Shown: positions 35,968 to 44,398 of the stretch, in pieces | Layout: the number at the start of each line of letters is the position of its first letter | Position numbering within the stretch: the first letter of the stretch is position 1 | Source of the DNA: a virus | Taxonomy: Duplodnaviria; Caudoviricetes | Direction: 5' to 3' (one strand) | DNA: 64,000 nucleotides | Virus record (IMG/VR): IMGVR_UViG_3300043391_000370 | Location: 1 to 64,000 of that record | Program-made: the position numbers and the translations under genes | The notes under the pieces: generated by a model | What the model was told of the DNA's origin: nothing | Databases searched by the model: none | Seen by the model: only the letters and a program-made list of their open reading frames with translations

Positions 35968-36615
35968 ATGTCTTATTTCAGAGAACTACCAGACCTAGAA
36001 TATCAATCTCCTTTTGTAGATAGTAATTCCTCACAGAATTATGTAAGAGCAAAGAATTTATTTCGTCGGGTAAAACTTCGTGATGATTTAACAAATGTCT
36101 TTACTCTGTTTAATAAGTATCAAATTCCAGATGGTGTAAGACCTGATATTGTTGCAGAAGCAGTTTATGGTAGAGCAGATTATGATTGGATAGTTATATT
36201 AACTGCTGGTATTGTAAATGTAAGAGACGAATGGCCTCTTTCGAATAGAGACCTCTACAGATATGCCGAGAACATTTATGGTGAGGACTTAAATGCTGTT
36301 CATCATTATGAAACCACAGAAGTTAAAGATTCTAATGGAAGATTGATTCTTCCTGCTGGTAAGGTTGTTGATTCTAACTTTACTATTCCAAACCCAACTG
36401 ATTATAGAGCAACATTAAATCCAGTTGTAGGTATTGGTAATTATGAATATGAAACTCTAAAGAACGAAGAAAAGAGATCAATATACTTACTAAGACCGGA
36501 TTATCTACAGCAATACTTAAATGATATGAGAACAATTATGTATTATGAAAAGTCTTCTCAGTATGTTGATAAGAAATTAATTCGTACCGAGAACACCAGA
36601 GTCACAATGCCATAA
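35968..36615 (+). CDS. gp53: Baseplate wedge subunit gp53
   Basis: YFRELPD.EY...RPD.VA...YG...YDW......I.N...EWP. Confidence 0.9.
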   Translation: MSYFRELPDLEYQSPFVDSNSSQNYVRAKNLFRRVKLRDDLTNVFTLFNKYQIPDGVRPDIVAEAVYGRADYDWIVILTAGIVNVRDEWPLSNRDLYRYAENIYGEDLNAVHHYETTEVKDSNGRLILPAGKVVDSNFTIPNPTDYRATLNPVVGIGNYEYETLKNEEKRSIYLLRPDYLQQYLNDMRTIMYYEKSSQYVDKKLIRTENTRVTMP

Positions 36616-36642
36616 AAAAAGGGAGGTTTCCCTCCCCCGTTA
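36614..36642. terminator. Probable intrinsic terminator between convergent gp53 and gp32
   Basis: A-tract then GGGAGG-TTTC-CCTCCC hairpin; gives a U-tract on the minus strand. Confidence 0.7.
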
Positions 36643-36645
36643 TTA

Positions 36646-37560
36646 TCATTCGGCAAGTTTTGCAAAGTAACTCAGAGTATCATCATCGTCTTCATCATAA
36701 GAAGAAGACTTAGAAGAACTTAGATTGCTCAGTTCGGTACGAAGATCTTCATCAAGGTCACGAACCGGACCACGGGAAGTCTCTTCCTCATCGGCAACCT
36801 CAGGATCTTGACGACGAGTTCCTTTGTTACCGAGAACATAGTCAAGACGCTTCTTCAGTTCATCATAAGACTTAAACTGATCGACAGCAACGAGTTCTGC
36901 AAGAGAATACTGCTTCTTCCACACTGCTTCCATCTCTTCATCATCGTCCAGTAGGGCACCTTGTGCGGCAAACTCACTGGAATCATAGTTGCGATAACCA
37001 GCAACGTTCTTTGCCTTCAGTTTGAAGTTAGCACCCTGCCAGAAGTCAAACGGATCGATAGGAGTCTCATCTTCAAACTCAGGTTGCATTGCGGCAGTAA
37101 TCTTATCAAAGATTTTCTTACCGAACTTATAAAGGAAGACTTTACCTTCGTTAGCAGGATTCGCAGGATCTTTGACAACGTAGATATTAGCAGCATAAGT
37201 CAGTTTGCGTTTCTGCTTACGTGCCAATTCCTTACCAGCATCAGTACCATTGTTCCAGAGTTCGGAGTTCAGTTCTGATACGGGATCCTTTTGTCCTAAG
37301 GTAGTCAGAGAGTTCTCAATGAACCAACCACCAGGACCTTGGAATGCATGGGAATAGAGCTTCACAAACGGCAGGTCTTCACCGTCAGGAGCAGGGAGGA
37401 AACGAATGATTGCATAACCATTCTGAGATTTATCACATTCTAAACGCCATAACCGATCATCAGAAGAACTAGAAGAAGAATTCATCTTCTCAACTTCTTT
37501 AACAAGTTTGGCAGTGAGAGAACCAAGTTTGGATTGTTTTTTTAAATCTGAAAAAGACAT
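36646..37560 (-). CDS. gp32: Single-stranded DNA-binding protein gp32
   Basis: DDRLWR...GYAIIRFLPA...HAFQGPGGW.IEN...DPFDFWQGANFKLK; acidic tail ending YFAKLAE. Confidence 0.95.
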   Translation of the reverse strand: MSFSDLKKQSKLGSLTAKLVKEVEKMNSSSSSSDDRLWRLECDKSQNGYAIIRFLPAPDGEDLPFVKLYSHAFQGPGGWFIENSLTTLGQKDPVSELNSELWNNGTDAGKELARKQKRKLTYAANIYVVKDPANPANEGKVFLYKFGKKIFDKITAAMQPEFEDETPIDPFDFWQGANFKLKAKNVAGYRNYDSSEFAAQGALLDDDEEMEAVWKKQYSLAELVAVDQFKSYDELKKRLDYVLGNKGTRRQDPEVADEEETSRGPVRDLDEDLRTELSNLSSSKSSSYDEDDDDTLSYFAKLAE

Positions 37561-37622
37561 TTGGATTTTTTGGATAAATTGGATTTGTTGGATTTTATTT
37601 TGTGTGAGTTACCAACACATAT

Positions 37623-37651
37623 ATTATATATCAGATGTTCTCTGAAGTCAA
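37623..37651 (-). promoter_or_regulatory. Sigma70-like gp32 promoter embedded in the endonuclease 3' end
   Basis: TTGACT(37646-37651)-17 nt-TATAAT(37623-37628). Confidence 0.7.
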
Positions 37652-38305
37652 GTATCTAAGAGTATCCGAACCTAAAATTTTCATCAATTTTCTTTTCCCT
37701 CGACAGCACTCCGATAAATGCCCCACATTACACTCTAGTATTCTAGCAGCTTCTTTAATACTTTCATATTTGCATATCAAACTACCCCCACTATTAAATC
37801 TCCCAACTTCTTTCCTATTTGGATTAGAATATCTTAATTTTTTTCTAGTTTCTTCAGAATGAATTTTTCCTTTGTTTATCTGACTTAATTTTCTTTTTGT
37901 CTCTTCAGATAGTTTATTGCCCAAATGAGATTTTCTCAAGTTCTCAATATGTTCTGGAGAGAACTTCATCCCCTTCCTTATTTGTGATATCTTCTTTTTT
38001 GTATCTTCGGACATCTCATATTGACTGCCGCCTTTCATAAGATTATAACCATTTGGATACAAAGAGTTTTTTTCTTGTATCCAATATTCTTCCCTATCAT
38101 TCAATAATTTAACCTCACATTCTTCAATAATATTAATAGTAAAATTATCCCATCCATATTTTCTTATTGCATTATAAAAAGGATTTGTATTTTTATAGGA
38201 TTTAGCATTGTATCTATGGCATCTTATTCTAGACTTAAAATCTTTTGCCTGACCAACATATATTTTCCCATTAATTTTATTTACAAACTCATACACAACT
38301 TTCAT
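37631..38305 (-). mobile_element. Free-standing GIY-YIG homing endonuclease (Seg-like) with NUMOD3 repeats and a C-terminal NUMOD1-like HTH
   Basis: VVY...KIYVGQ...R...H, E.YWI; repeats SEDTKKKIS/SEETKRKLS/SEETRKKL; YESIKEAARIL...SECCRGK. Confidence 0.9.
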
Positions 38306-38333
38306 TTTTTTATCAACTTCCAGTTTCCATTAT

Positions 38334-38364
38334 TATTTATAACAAAAATAATATTATCTGTCAA
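38334..38364 (-). promoter_or_regulatory. Overlapping sigma70-like (TTGACA-17-TATAAA) and late (TATAAATA) promoters upstream of the endonuclease
   Basis: -35 at 38359-38364; -10 at 38336-38341; TATAAATA at 38334-38341. Confidence 0.65.
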
Positions 38365-38686
38365 GAAATTGTTTGAGAGACTCAATGGTCTTATTCATAC
38401 TACTGAAAAGTAAATTCATATCAGTGTCTGGTGAGAATCCCATCAGAGCCACAGATTTTTTCAGATTTTCTTTCATCTCAACCGCTTGTGGGTCATCAGA
38501 AAGAGAAAGTCTTGTGTACATAATACGTTGCTTTTCTAATAGCAACGTCATCTTTTCAATGTGTTCCAGTTTATCTTCACGGGACATTGAACCAAAAGAA
38601 AGAATACTTCCATAAATGAACTTCTGAAGATCATTAATTTCTTCAAGTTCTTCTTGTATAAGTTCAGAGTCAAAGAATTTACTCAT
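38354..38686 (-). CDS. DUF1825-type cyanobacterial/cyanophage protein
   Basis: FFDSELIQEELEEI..LQ...QRIMYTRLSLSDDP.A..MK; usual position between gp59 and gp32. Confidence 0.8.
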   Translation of the reverse strand: MSKFFDSELIQEELEEINDLQKFIYGSILSFGSMSREDKLEHIEKMTLLLEKQRIMYTRLSLSDDPQAVEMKENLKKSVALMGFSPDTDMNLLFSSMNKTIESLKQFLDR

Positions 38687-39269
38687 TTACAATTTCCCGT
38701 AGAAGTTCTTTATAATCAGACACATCAATATGTATAAAGGGATTGTATTTCCTAATTTTTAAACTTACAATTTCCCAAACAGGATCTAGTAGTTTCGTAT
38801 CAAATACCTTCCCGAACTGGAAGATTTTGTCGTATATGACTAGAACTTCAGGAGAAATCTTCCCACCCAGGAACTTTTTTAGAATTGGTGGATGGCCTTT
38901 CGAACAATTGAAAGCATCTTCTAATTTTGTTTCCGAGAGTAATTCTTCCGATTGTTCTTTGAACAAGTAAGTCAAACTCTGCTGTCGTTTCATCCACTCT
39001 GTGTATGTTCTTTCTCCTTCGTTTATTAAAGAACCAATCCATAAATTTTGTGGGGTGTCTGTGGCAACAAAGTTTGATACAAGAAAATCTACAATTTCAT
39101 TATCAGAATATTTCCTCGAAGATTTCTCAAAGAAATATTTGTCTTTTCGTTTATTGAAGGAAGTTAGAGTTGCTCTTGACTTCCCACGATATTTAAAGAA
39201 ATCGTATTTTGGATTTGTGAAATGACTTTTGAGTGAAAGATAATGTTGATATGTCTCAAAAGGACTCAT
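38679..39269 (-). CDS. gp59: Helicase loader gp59
   Basis: Y..YLSLK.HF....YDFFKY.GK....L.SF..RKDKYFF. Confidence 0.88.
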   Translation of the reverse strand: MSPFETYQHYLSLKSHFTNPKYDFFKYRGKSRATLTSFNKRKDKYFFEKSSRKYSDNEIVDFLVSNFVATDTPQNLWIGSLINEGERTYTEWMKRQQSLTYLFKEQSEELLSETKLEDAFNCSKGHPPILKKFLGGKISPEVLVIYDKIFQFGKVFDTKLLDPVWEIVSLKIRKYNPFIHIDVSDYKELLREIVNE

Positions 39270-39526
39270 AGTGGCAATTTTGCTCTCGAAGTTTTTTTCA
39301 TAAAGTTTAGATTGATAGCATCATACTTCAATCTTTCTTTGAGTGGTTTAGATACAAGTTTCGTAATTGAATCTACCTCAATCTTATTAATCTCACAATA
39401 ATGGCAAATAGCATCGATGTAGTTCATACCTTCCTCTGCAACAATCTTCTCTATTTCTAGGGAAAACTTGGAAGGAGTTAAGAACTTATCCTCTATTGCC
39501 TGCTCTAATTCCTTGTTAGGTTCCAT
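39266..39526 (-). CDS. gp33: Late-transcription coactivator gp33
   Basis: FLTPSKFSLEIE......NYIDAI..YC.........KL.SKPLKE.LK.DA..LN; start moved to MEPNK (39526) to remove the overlap with the upstream gene. Confidence 0.85.
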   Translation of the reverse strand: MEPNKELEQAIEDKFLTPSKFSLEIEKIVAEEGMNYIDAICHYCEINKIEVDSITKLVSKPLKERLKYDAINLNFMKKTSRAKLPL

Positions 39527-40196
39527 ACTGCTCAAGTTTATCTCCAACAAATTTTCTAATATATTGGACGAGCAATTTAAGGTACTTTGCTTTGTCGTAT
39601 TCTTCATAAACTACACATTCTCCATTTTCACAAGACATAATGATAACAAATTTTTTGACTGATACCCCAGTCAGTTCGTAGTACATTGCAGCATAAGCAC
39701 AGCACTGAACGAAATAATGATCGATCCAATCTCTTGGTTTCGGTTTCTTAGAAGTCTTAAAGTCGATGATTGCTAATTCACCATTATACTCGGCAATGCA
39801 ATCAACAGTTCCTGCAATACCTAATTGCTTACTATATAGGGAACCTTCAAGAGAGTGAATATTATCAATATTCTTGAGAGTTGACTTCGCAATATTAAAC
39901 AGAAACTCTGAGATTGGAAGAATATCTGTAGGAAGATCATGATTTTTCAGAAAATACTCAGTAAGAGTATGCATATCCGTACCACGACTTGTTGCAAGTT
40001 TTGTGATACGGTCTGCTTCCTCATCTCCAACTTTCTTCCTCCACTTCACAAAGATTTCTTTATTAAAATGACTTGTGATAGAAGTGATTGAAACTAGTTT
40101 GAGTAGTTCTTCATCATCAGGTACTTTATAATATCGAATACCATCTATAGTCTCCCGATCAAGTTTCGGGAGAGTCACATCAATATGATTGAACAT
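39516..40196 (-). CDS. PD-(D/E)xK exonuclease (Cas4-like superfamily)
   Basis: RGT.MH, AG.VDCIAEY.G.LAIIDFKTS, Q..AYA.M. Confidence 0.85.
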   Translation of the reverse strand: MFNHIDVTLPKLDRETIDGIRYYKVPDDEELLKLVSITSITSHFNKEIFVKWRKKVGDEEADRITKLATSRGTDMHTLTEYFLKNHDLPTDILPISEFLFNIAKSTLKNIDNIHSLEGSLYSKQLGIAGTVDCIAEYNGELAIIDFKTSKKPKPRDWIDHYFVQCCAYAAMYYELTGVSVKKFVIIMSCENGECVVYEEYDKAKYLKLLVQYIRKFVGDKLEQYGT

Positions 40197-40954
40197 TAAA
40201 ATCCTTCTTCAATTTTAGCAATAAGATACTGACGAACTAATCCAGAACGGACAATATCATCGACACCAAACTCTATTATATCAAAAGAATCCATTTTACG
40301 CAAGACACTCATAAAATCAATAATTCCATTCTTCTCACTTGTTTTTACAAGGTCTGATTGAGTAGCATCTCCACAGAACATAATCTTACAATTTTCACCA
40401 ACACGAGTAATAATAGAATCTAATTCGTGAAAATTAAGGTTGGCAAACTCATCTACAAGTACAATACAATTATCCAGAGTAACTCCACGAAGAAAAGAAG
40501 TAGACCAGAACTTAATCGTCTCTTGTGATTTAAGATTGCCATAGAGCATCTCAAACTCAACATCAGAAGGCATTTGGAACATATACTTCACCATATTCTT
40601 ATAAGGAATCTGGTAGATGTCTGCCTTATCATCGTGAGAACCAGGAAGAAATCCAATTTCTCTTGTAGGAACTAATGACCTTACAATATAAACTTTTTCA
40701 TAAGGAGTTCTTTCATCCAGCACTTCTTTTAGAGCATTATAAAGAGTGATGAAAGTCTTACCAGTACCTGCACATCCATAGGCAACAAGATGCTTACCTT
40801 CGGCATATGCATCAAAAAGTTTTCTTTGATTGTCTGTAAGGGGATCAATATCTAATAGATATTCACTCCCAAGTGCTTTCTTTCTTTTCATCTGACGAGT
40901 TGTAAGACCAACACCGATTGGTTGGTCATTCGTCGTTCTTTTTCTTCTTGCCAT
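40196..40954 (-). CDS. phoH: PhoH-family ATPase
   Basis: GCAGTGKT, RSLVPTREIGFLPG, STSFLRGVT, VDEFANL, GD..QSDL. Confidence 0.95.
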   Translation of the reverse strand: MARRKRTTNDQPIGVGLTTRQMKRKKALGSEYLLDIDPLTDNQRKLFDAYAEGKHLVAYGCAGTGKTFITLYNALKEVLDERTPYEKVYIVRSLVPTREIGFLPGSHDDKADIYQIPYKNMVKYMFQMPSDVEFEMLYGNLKSQETIKFWSTSFLRGVTLDNCIVLVDEFANLNFHELDSIITRVGENCKIMFCGDATQSDLVKTSEKNGIIDFMSVLRKMDSFDIIEFGVDDIVRSGLVRQYLIAKIEEGF

Positions 40955-40963
40955 ATTAGTTGT

Positions 40964-41206
40964 TTAGATTTTCTTTACTCTTGATCCAGGAGCCCTGCTT
41001 GATTTTTCAAGAACTTCGTTCCATCCAGGATTTTTTGCAACGAGTTTATCTTTCCACTCACCAATCTCTCCTGGACTTGCAGATCCTTGCGACCAATCTC
41101 TTTTCCATTCAGGATTGTCCTGATACCACTGTGTGACGTCATGAACACTCATTTCAAGCACTTTTGTCTCACCAGTTTCTTTATGAATAATCGGATAAAT
41201 TGCCAT
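40964..41206 (-). CDS. Conserved hypothetical cyanophage protein
   Basis: 80-aa ORF between thyX and phoH (NPEW, PGWNEVL). Confidence 0.75.
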   Translation of the reverse strand: MAIYPIIHKETGETKVLEMSVHDVTQWYQDNPEWKRDWSQGSASPGEIGEWKDKLVAKNPGWNEVLEKSSRAPGSRVKKI

Positions 41207-41236
41207 TTTTTATAATAATGTGTACGATTATTTAGA

Positions 41237-41989
41237 TTAAGGACTCAAACGTGCCTTATGAAGTCTCTTCTCTTCATAATATGCCCAAATACTTGGAGTC
41301 CATTTTTGGAGTTCGGGTGCAAAAGAATCGCATAATGCTTGAATCTCAAGTTGAGCATCAAGTTTAGAACGAAGATCCATAAAGTGAAGTACAGAACGAA
41401 GGTTGAATGAAACTACAAAGTTCTGACGAATTGCTTGTGCAAGATAATCACGAATATGCTCTTCACACATACCTTTATCATACTTCACGGCATAACGCTT
41501 ACACCCCTCTACAATCCACTGTAGTTCATCTTGTCGATCTTCTCCTGTCCACTCATACTTCTTACCTTTACGGTTAGTATAGAACCCCACAGGTCGCACA
41601 TAGAAGACTTCTTCAACATCCAGTTCTCCACTGGCAACTTTGACTACACGCTTACCGGTATAACGTTGAGATTGAACATCCCAAGTTGTTCCAATACGAT
41701 GAGTTCTTGCCTGAACGATCACATTATGAACAAATCCAGCACAAGAAAATGTAATTTGTGGATGCTCCAAAGGCCCCCAATGTCCTCTTTCATTTGCCAA
41801 AAGTTGTTCTACAACCCACTCACCACATTTTTGATTGCTAGGAACTTCCACTTGATGAATTGGAACTTCAGAATAATCACCCTTACCTGCTTGCCAAATT
41901 ACTTGTTCTGGGGTTGGGTAGCATTGAAGTTTTACTACCTCAAGATTCTTATCAAGTTCAAGTAGATCTTTTGATTTAATAGGTCTCAT
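41237..41989 (-). CDS. thyX: FAD-dependent thymidylate synthase ThyX
   Basis: GHWGPLEH, RTHRI...DVQSQRY, FNLRS..HF.DLR. Confidence 0.9.
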   Translation of the reverse strand: MRPIKSKDLLELDKNLEVVKLQCYPTPEQVIWQAGKGDYSEVPIHQVEVPSNQKCGEWVVEQLLANERGHWGPLEHPQITFSCAGFVHNVIVQARTHRIGTTWDVQSQRYTGKRVVKVASGELDVEEVFYVRPVGFYTNRKGKKYEWTGEDRQDELQWIVEGCKRYAVKYDKGMCEEHIRDYLAQAIRQNFVVSFNLRSVLHFMDLRSKLDAQLEIQALCDSFAPELQKWTPSIWAYYEEKRLHKARLSP

Positions 41990-42141
41990 TTCTTTCCAAA
42001 TCCTTTGTATTCTTTTGATGTGGTCTTTTCTAATTCTAGCACAGAAAGTTGTGCCTTCATAAATTGAAGTTCTTCACTGGAATACAAATAATCCTGCTTC
42101 AGTGCTTCCTTGATCAATTTAATTGCCTTTTTGTTCCTCAT
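41986..42141 (-). CDS. Small hypothetical protein, 51 aa (MRNKKAIKLIKEALKQDYLYS...KGFGKK)
   Basis: Hand-translated; ATGA coupling at both ends. Confidence 0.7.
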   Translation of the reverse strand: MRNKKAIKLIKEALKQDYLYSSEELQFMKAQLSVLELEKTTSKEYKGFGKK

Positions 42142-42293
42142 TCTAAATCCTCAAAAATTTCGTCGTAATCTAACTCTTTTGGTGTAATATCATCAAATTG
42201 ATATGCCTGAACATCAGAATATAATTCTGCTTTCAGGGAATCTACAAGAAGTTCTAAATTACGGACAATTAGTTTTAGTTTGTCTTTGTCCAT
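42138..42293 (-). CDS. Small hypothetical protein, 51 aa (MDKDKLKLIVRNLELLVDSLKAE...)
   Basis: Hand-translated; follows the promoter at 42315-42343. Confidence 0.75.
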   Translation of the reverse strand: MDKDKLKLIVRNLELLVDSLKAELYSDVQAYQFDDITPKELDYDEIFEDLE

Positions 42294-42314
42294 TGCATAT
42301 AGTTCTCTGGGAGC

Positions 42315-42350
42315 ATTCTACATAAAAAAAGGAGACCTGTCAAGGTCTCC
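42315..42350 (-). terminator. Intrinsic terminator overlapping a sigma70-like promoter
   Basis: GGAGACC-TTGACA-GGTCTCC-T7 hairpin; its loop is a -35 box spaced 17 nt from TAGAAT (42315-42320). Confidence 0.75.
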
Positions 42351-42356
42351 AGTAAA

Positions 42357-42449
42357 TCAACGCATTGCCATTGCAAGTTTTGCTTGATGTTTGCGTTGCT
42401 CTTTTTCTTTTTGTTGTTTGATTAAAATAAGTTGCCAATTGTTTTTCAT
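42357..42449 (-). CDS. 30-aa basic, Gln/Lys-rich peptide (MKNNWQLILIKQQKEKEQRKHQAKLAMAMR) downstream of the riboswitch
   Basis: Hand-translated; strong RBS AAGGAG at 42457-42462. Confidence 0.75.
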   Translation of the reverse strand: MKNNWQLILIKQQKEKEQRKHQAKLAMAMR

Positions 42450-42480
42450 AAGAGGTGCTCCTTTACTTTGTGGGTATTGG

Positions 42481-42538
42481 TGCGTTCCTTCGGTATTCCT
42501 ACTTCCGTTTGCTATTCGCAAATAGCAAATGAACGTTC
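42481..42538 (-). ncRNA. Glutamine riboswitch (glnA-class RNA motif)
   Basis: P1 CGTTC/GAACG; A; P2 TTTGCTATT-TGCG-AATAGCAAA; CGGAAGTA; P3 GG-AATA-CC; GAAGGAACG. This matches the glnA consensus CGUUCA..CGGAAGUA..GAAGGAACG. Confidence 0.85.
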
Positions 42539-42541
42539 GAT

Positions 42542-42549
42542 TATTTATG
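42542..42549 (-). promoter_or_regulatory. Late-type promoter / -10 element CATAAATA
   Basis: Ends a few nucleotides upstream of the riboswitch 5' end. Confidence 0.55.
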
Positions 42550-42559
42550 ATTTTTATTC

Positions 42560-42575
42560 TGTAACAAATGATACA
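42560..42575. promoter_or_regulatory. NtcA-binding box
   Basis: TGTA-ACAAATGA-TACA, a perfect TGTA-N8-TACA palindrome. Confidence 0.7.
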
Positions 42576-42634
42576 AAATTAAAAACCTTCGTGTGAGAAA
42601 ATTTTGGGGAGATTTTTTCCCACTATTTTGGAAA

Positions 42635-42991
42635 TCACTTCCGCTTTTTCTTTTCGGGTGCTTTGTATCCCCAGATTCTTGGATTTACTTTACCATAACC
42701 CCAGGCAATTTTCTGAACTGCTCCGTGACCGAACTTATCAAAATATAAATCAAAGATTTTTACTTTACTTCCACGGCAAAGATCCATATAAGTTTCATCC
42801 TTAACAATATAAGTTACGATATAGGCATCAAGGGGAAATGATGGATCCTTGAGTTGTTGTAGTGTTGCTTTTTCTAAAAGAATTTCACATCCATAACGGG
42901 AAGGAATATCTTTCTTTTCTTCTGCCGTCCATTCCACAGTTGTTTTTTCCTCTGCGACACTGCTGGTTTTACTCACGAACGACCACCCCAA
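42635..42991 (-). CDS. Conserved hypothetical cyanophage protein
   Basis: 118-aa ORF with FD.YYD-like and GYG..NP..WG motifs. Confidence 0.7.
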   Translation of the reverse strand: MGWSFVSKTSSVAEEKTTVEWTAEEKKDIPSRYGCEILLEKATLQQLKDPSFPLDAYIVTYIVKDETYMDLCRGSKVKIFDLYFDKFGHGAVQKIAWGYGKVNPRIWGYKAPEKKKRK

Positions 42992-43572
42992 GTAATAGAT
43001 GGGTATGCCTGACTTACAATTTCTTTTGTAATCTTATATTTGGTATCAAGTTTCTTATCCTTTACAAGAATTAGAATTTCTGCTTCTAGTGGATGCAGTC
43101 CCTCTAGAATATTAATGAACATAGATTCTCTACGAATACTATTTATTGCGTCATTACCACCTTTAAGGAAGTGATAGAAGTGCTTAAACTCTCTACGAAT
43201 TGTACTATGCCCCTTATTTGCATCTGCAGTATTACCGATAGAGAACGAACCAACTTCATGCATCTTACGAATTTCTTCAGTAAGTTTATCACTCATTGAT
43301 CCATTAAAAGTTGTCTGATCCTTATAACCAGAATACGGTACAGGGCCATCTGGGAGCACAGAAATCACACTCTCATCAAAGTTCCAAATAAAGACTGCTC
43401 TGATTGATGGATGATCATACTTTTGTAGAAGTTCTACCTTCTTTGCATTGGTTTTTTGACGAGATACCAAGTCAAAAACCTCAAAGGCAAATGGATTAGT
43501 TGGTAAATTGTCAATTACAGGAGCAACTCTTTTGGTAGTGGTTGTCTTGGTTTTTGTTGTAGTTGTAGTCAT
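42973..43572 (-). CDS. Conserved hypothetical T4-like protein
   Basis: WNFDES....LP.G.VPY...RRESMFI.ILEGLHP.EA..L. Confidence 0.8.
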   Translation of the reverse strand: MTTTTTKTKTTTTKRVAPVIDNLPTNPFAFEVFDLVSRQKTNAKKVELLQKYDHPSIRAVFIWNFDESVISVLPDGPVPYSGYKDQTTFNGSMSDKLTEEIRKMHEVGSFSIGNTADANKGHSTIRREFKHFYHFLKGGNDAINSIRRESMFINILEGLHPLEAEILILVKDKKLDTKYKITKEIVSQAYPSITWGGRS

Positions 43573-43595
43573 AATTATTATCAGTTAAAAAAAAA

Positions 43596-43823
43596 TTAAT
43601 CTTCGTCGTCTTCTTCGTCAGAGTCAAAATAACCTTCCTCAAAACGAATTGCTAATACTTCGTCAGGAATTAGGTTTCCCTGATTATCAAACATTTCTGG
43701 ATGAATTCTAGGAATCTCCCTATAACTCATCATATACTCCCTGGCAACCCATCCAGTTACAATTCCTACTATAAAGAACAGTATGATTAAAAAAGAACCT
43801 AATACTAAGCTAACTGCTAACAT
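43596..43823 (-). CDS. Hypothetical membrane protein
   Basis: N-terminal TM helix, HPEMFD.QGN motif, acidic tail. Confidence 0.75.
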   Translation of the reverse strand: MLAVSLVLGSFLIILFFIVGIVTGWVAREYMMSYREIPRIHPEMFDNQGNLIPDEVLAIRFEEGYFDSDEEDDED

Positions 43824-44031
43824 CTTTTTTTCTCCTTATAGGGATTGTTTTTTTCTTTATAGTCAAAGAAAATTCAAAATAGATAGTTACTTCTCGTCTT
43901 AAAAAGCAAAGTAATTTCTCAAAAATAATATGAAAGTCTTTCGGTTGCCTTCTTTTACCCCCACTAAGTATAAGTTCTACTCCACGATTCATACCGTGGT
44001 TCTCAGAGTTATTTATGTTCCTATTAGGCAA
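43810..44031 (-). CDS. Hypothetical protein
   Basis: 73-aa ORF overlapping both neighbours by a few bases. Confidence 0.55.
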   Translation of the reverse strand: MPNRNINNSENHGMNRGVELILSGGKRRQPKDFHIIFEKLLCFLRREVTIYFEFSLTIKKKTIPIRRKKDVSS

Positions 44032-44260
44032 TTTGCTTCTCTTTCAAAAACTTAACGGTATCAGTACACCCACCAAGTTTTTGATTATCACAAATAACCT
44101 GGGGGAATGTAGAACCTTCACCAAACTCCGAATAGAATTCTTCTTTGGTAAAATCTTCTCCCAAATTATACACCACAAAGTTATTTCCTGTCAACTCTAG
44201 AACTTGTTTAACTTTGTAACAGTAAGGGCAATCTTGTTTGGAATAAACGGCGAAGTTCAT
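44024..44260 (-). CDS. nrdC: Glutaredoxin (NrdC-like)
   Basis: CPYC active site, TFPQV, GGCTD. Confidence 0.9.
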   Translation of the reverse strand: MNFAVYSKQDCPYCYKVKQVLELTGNNFVVYNLGEDFTKEEFYSEFGEGSTFPQVICDNQKLGGCTDTVKFLKEKQIA

Positions 44261-44290
44261 AATTTTGTAATATCTATAGTAATTTATATA

Positions 44291-44393
44291 AGAAAAAAGA
44301 GGAGATTTCTCTCCTCTTATTATACCACCAACTCACTTCTTCTCACCACAGAAGAAGGTCTTGGTCCCGAAGTCGCAGGGAATCATCAAGACT
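44291..44393 (-). ncRNA. Candidate stand-alone small RNA (~100 nt)
   Basis: Own promoter at 44399-44427; stems GTCTTG/CAAGAC (inner TCCC/GGGA) and CTTCTTCT/AGAAGAAG; terminator AAGAGGAG/CTCCTCTT plus T-tract; no convincing ORF. Confidence 0.55.
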
Positions 44394-44398
44394 CCTAT

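Noticed and set aside
39527-39607. N-terminal extension of gp33 in the ORF track (similar extensions for 44424..44711, 46511..47986 and 526..771)
   Set aside because: These mostly overlap upstream genes. Downstream Met codons abut the preceding stops or fit the expected protein length better.
39516-40196. Cas4 gene as evidence of a CRISPR system
   Set aside because: This is the standard PD-(D/E)xK exonuclease of T4-like cyanophages in its usual phoH-gp33 context.
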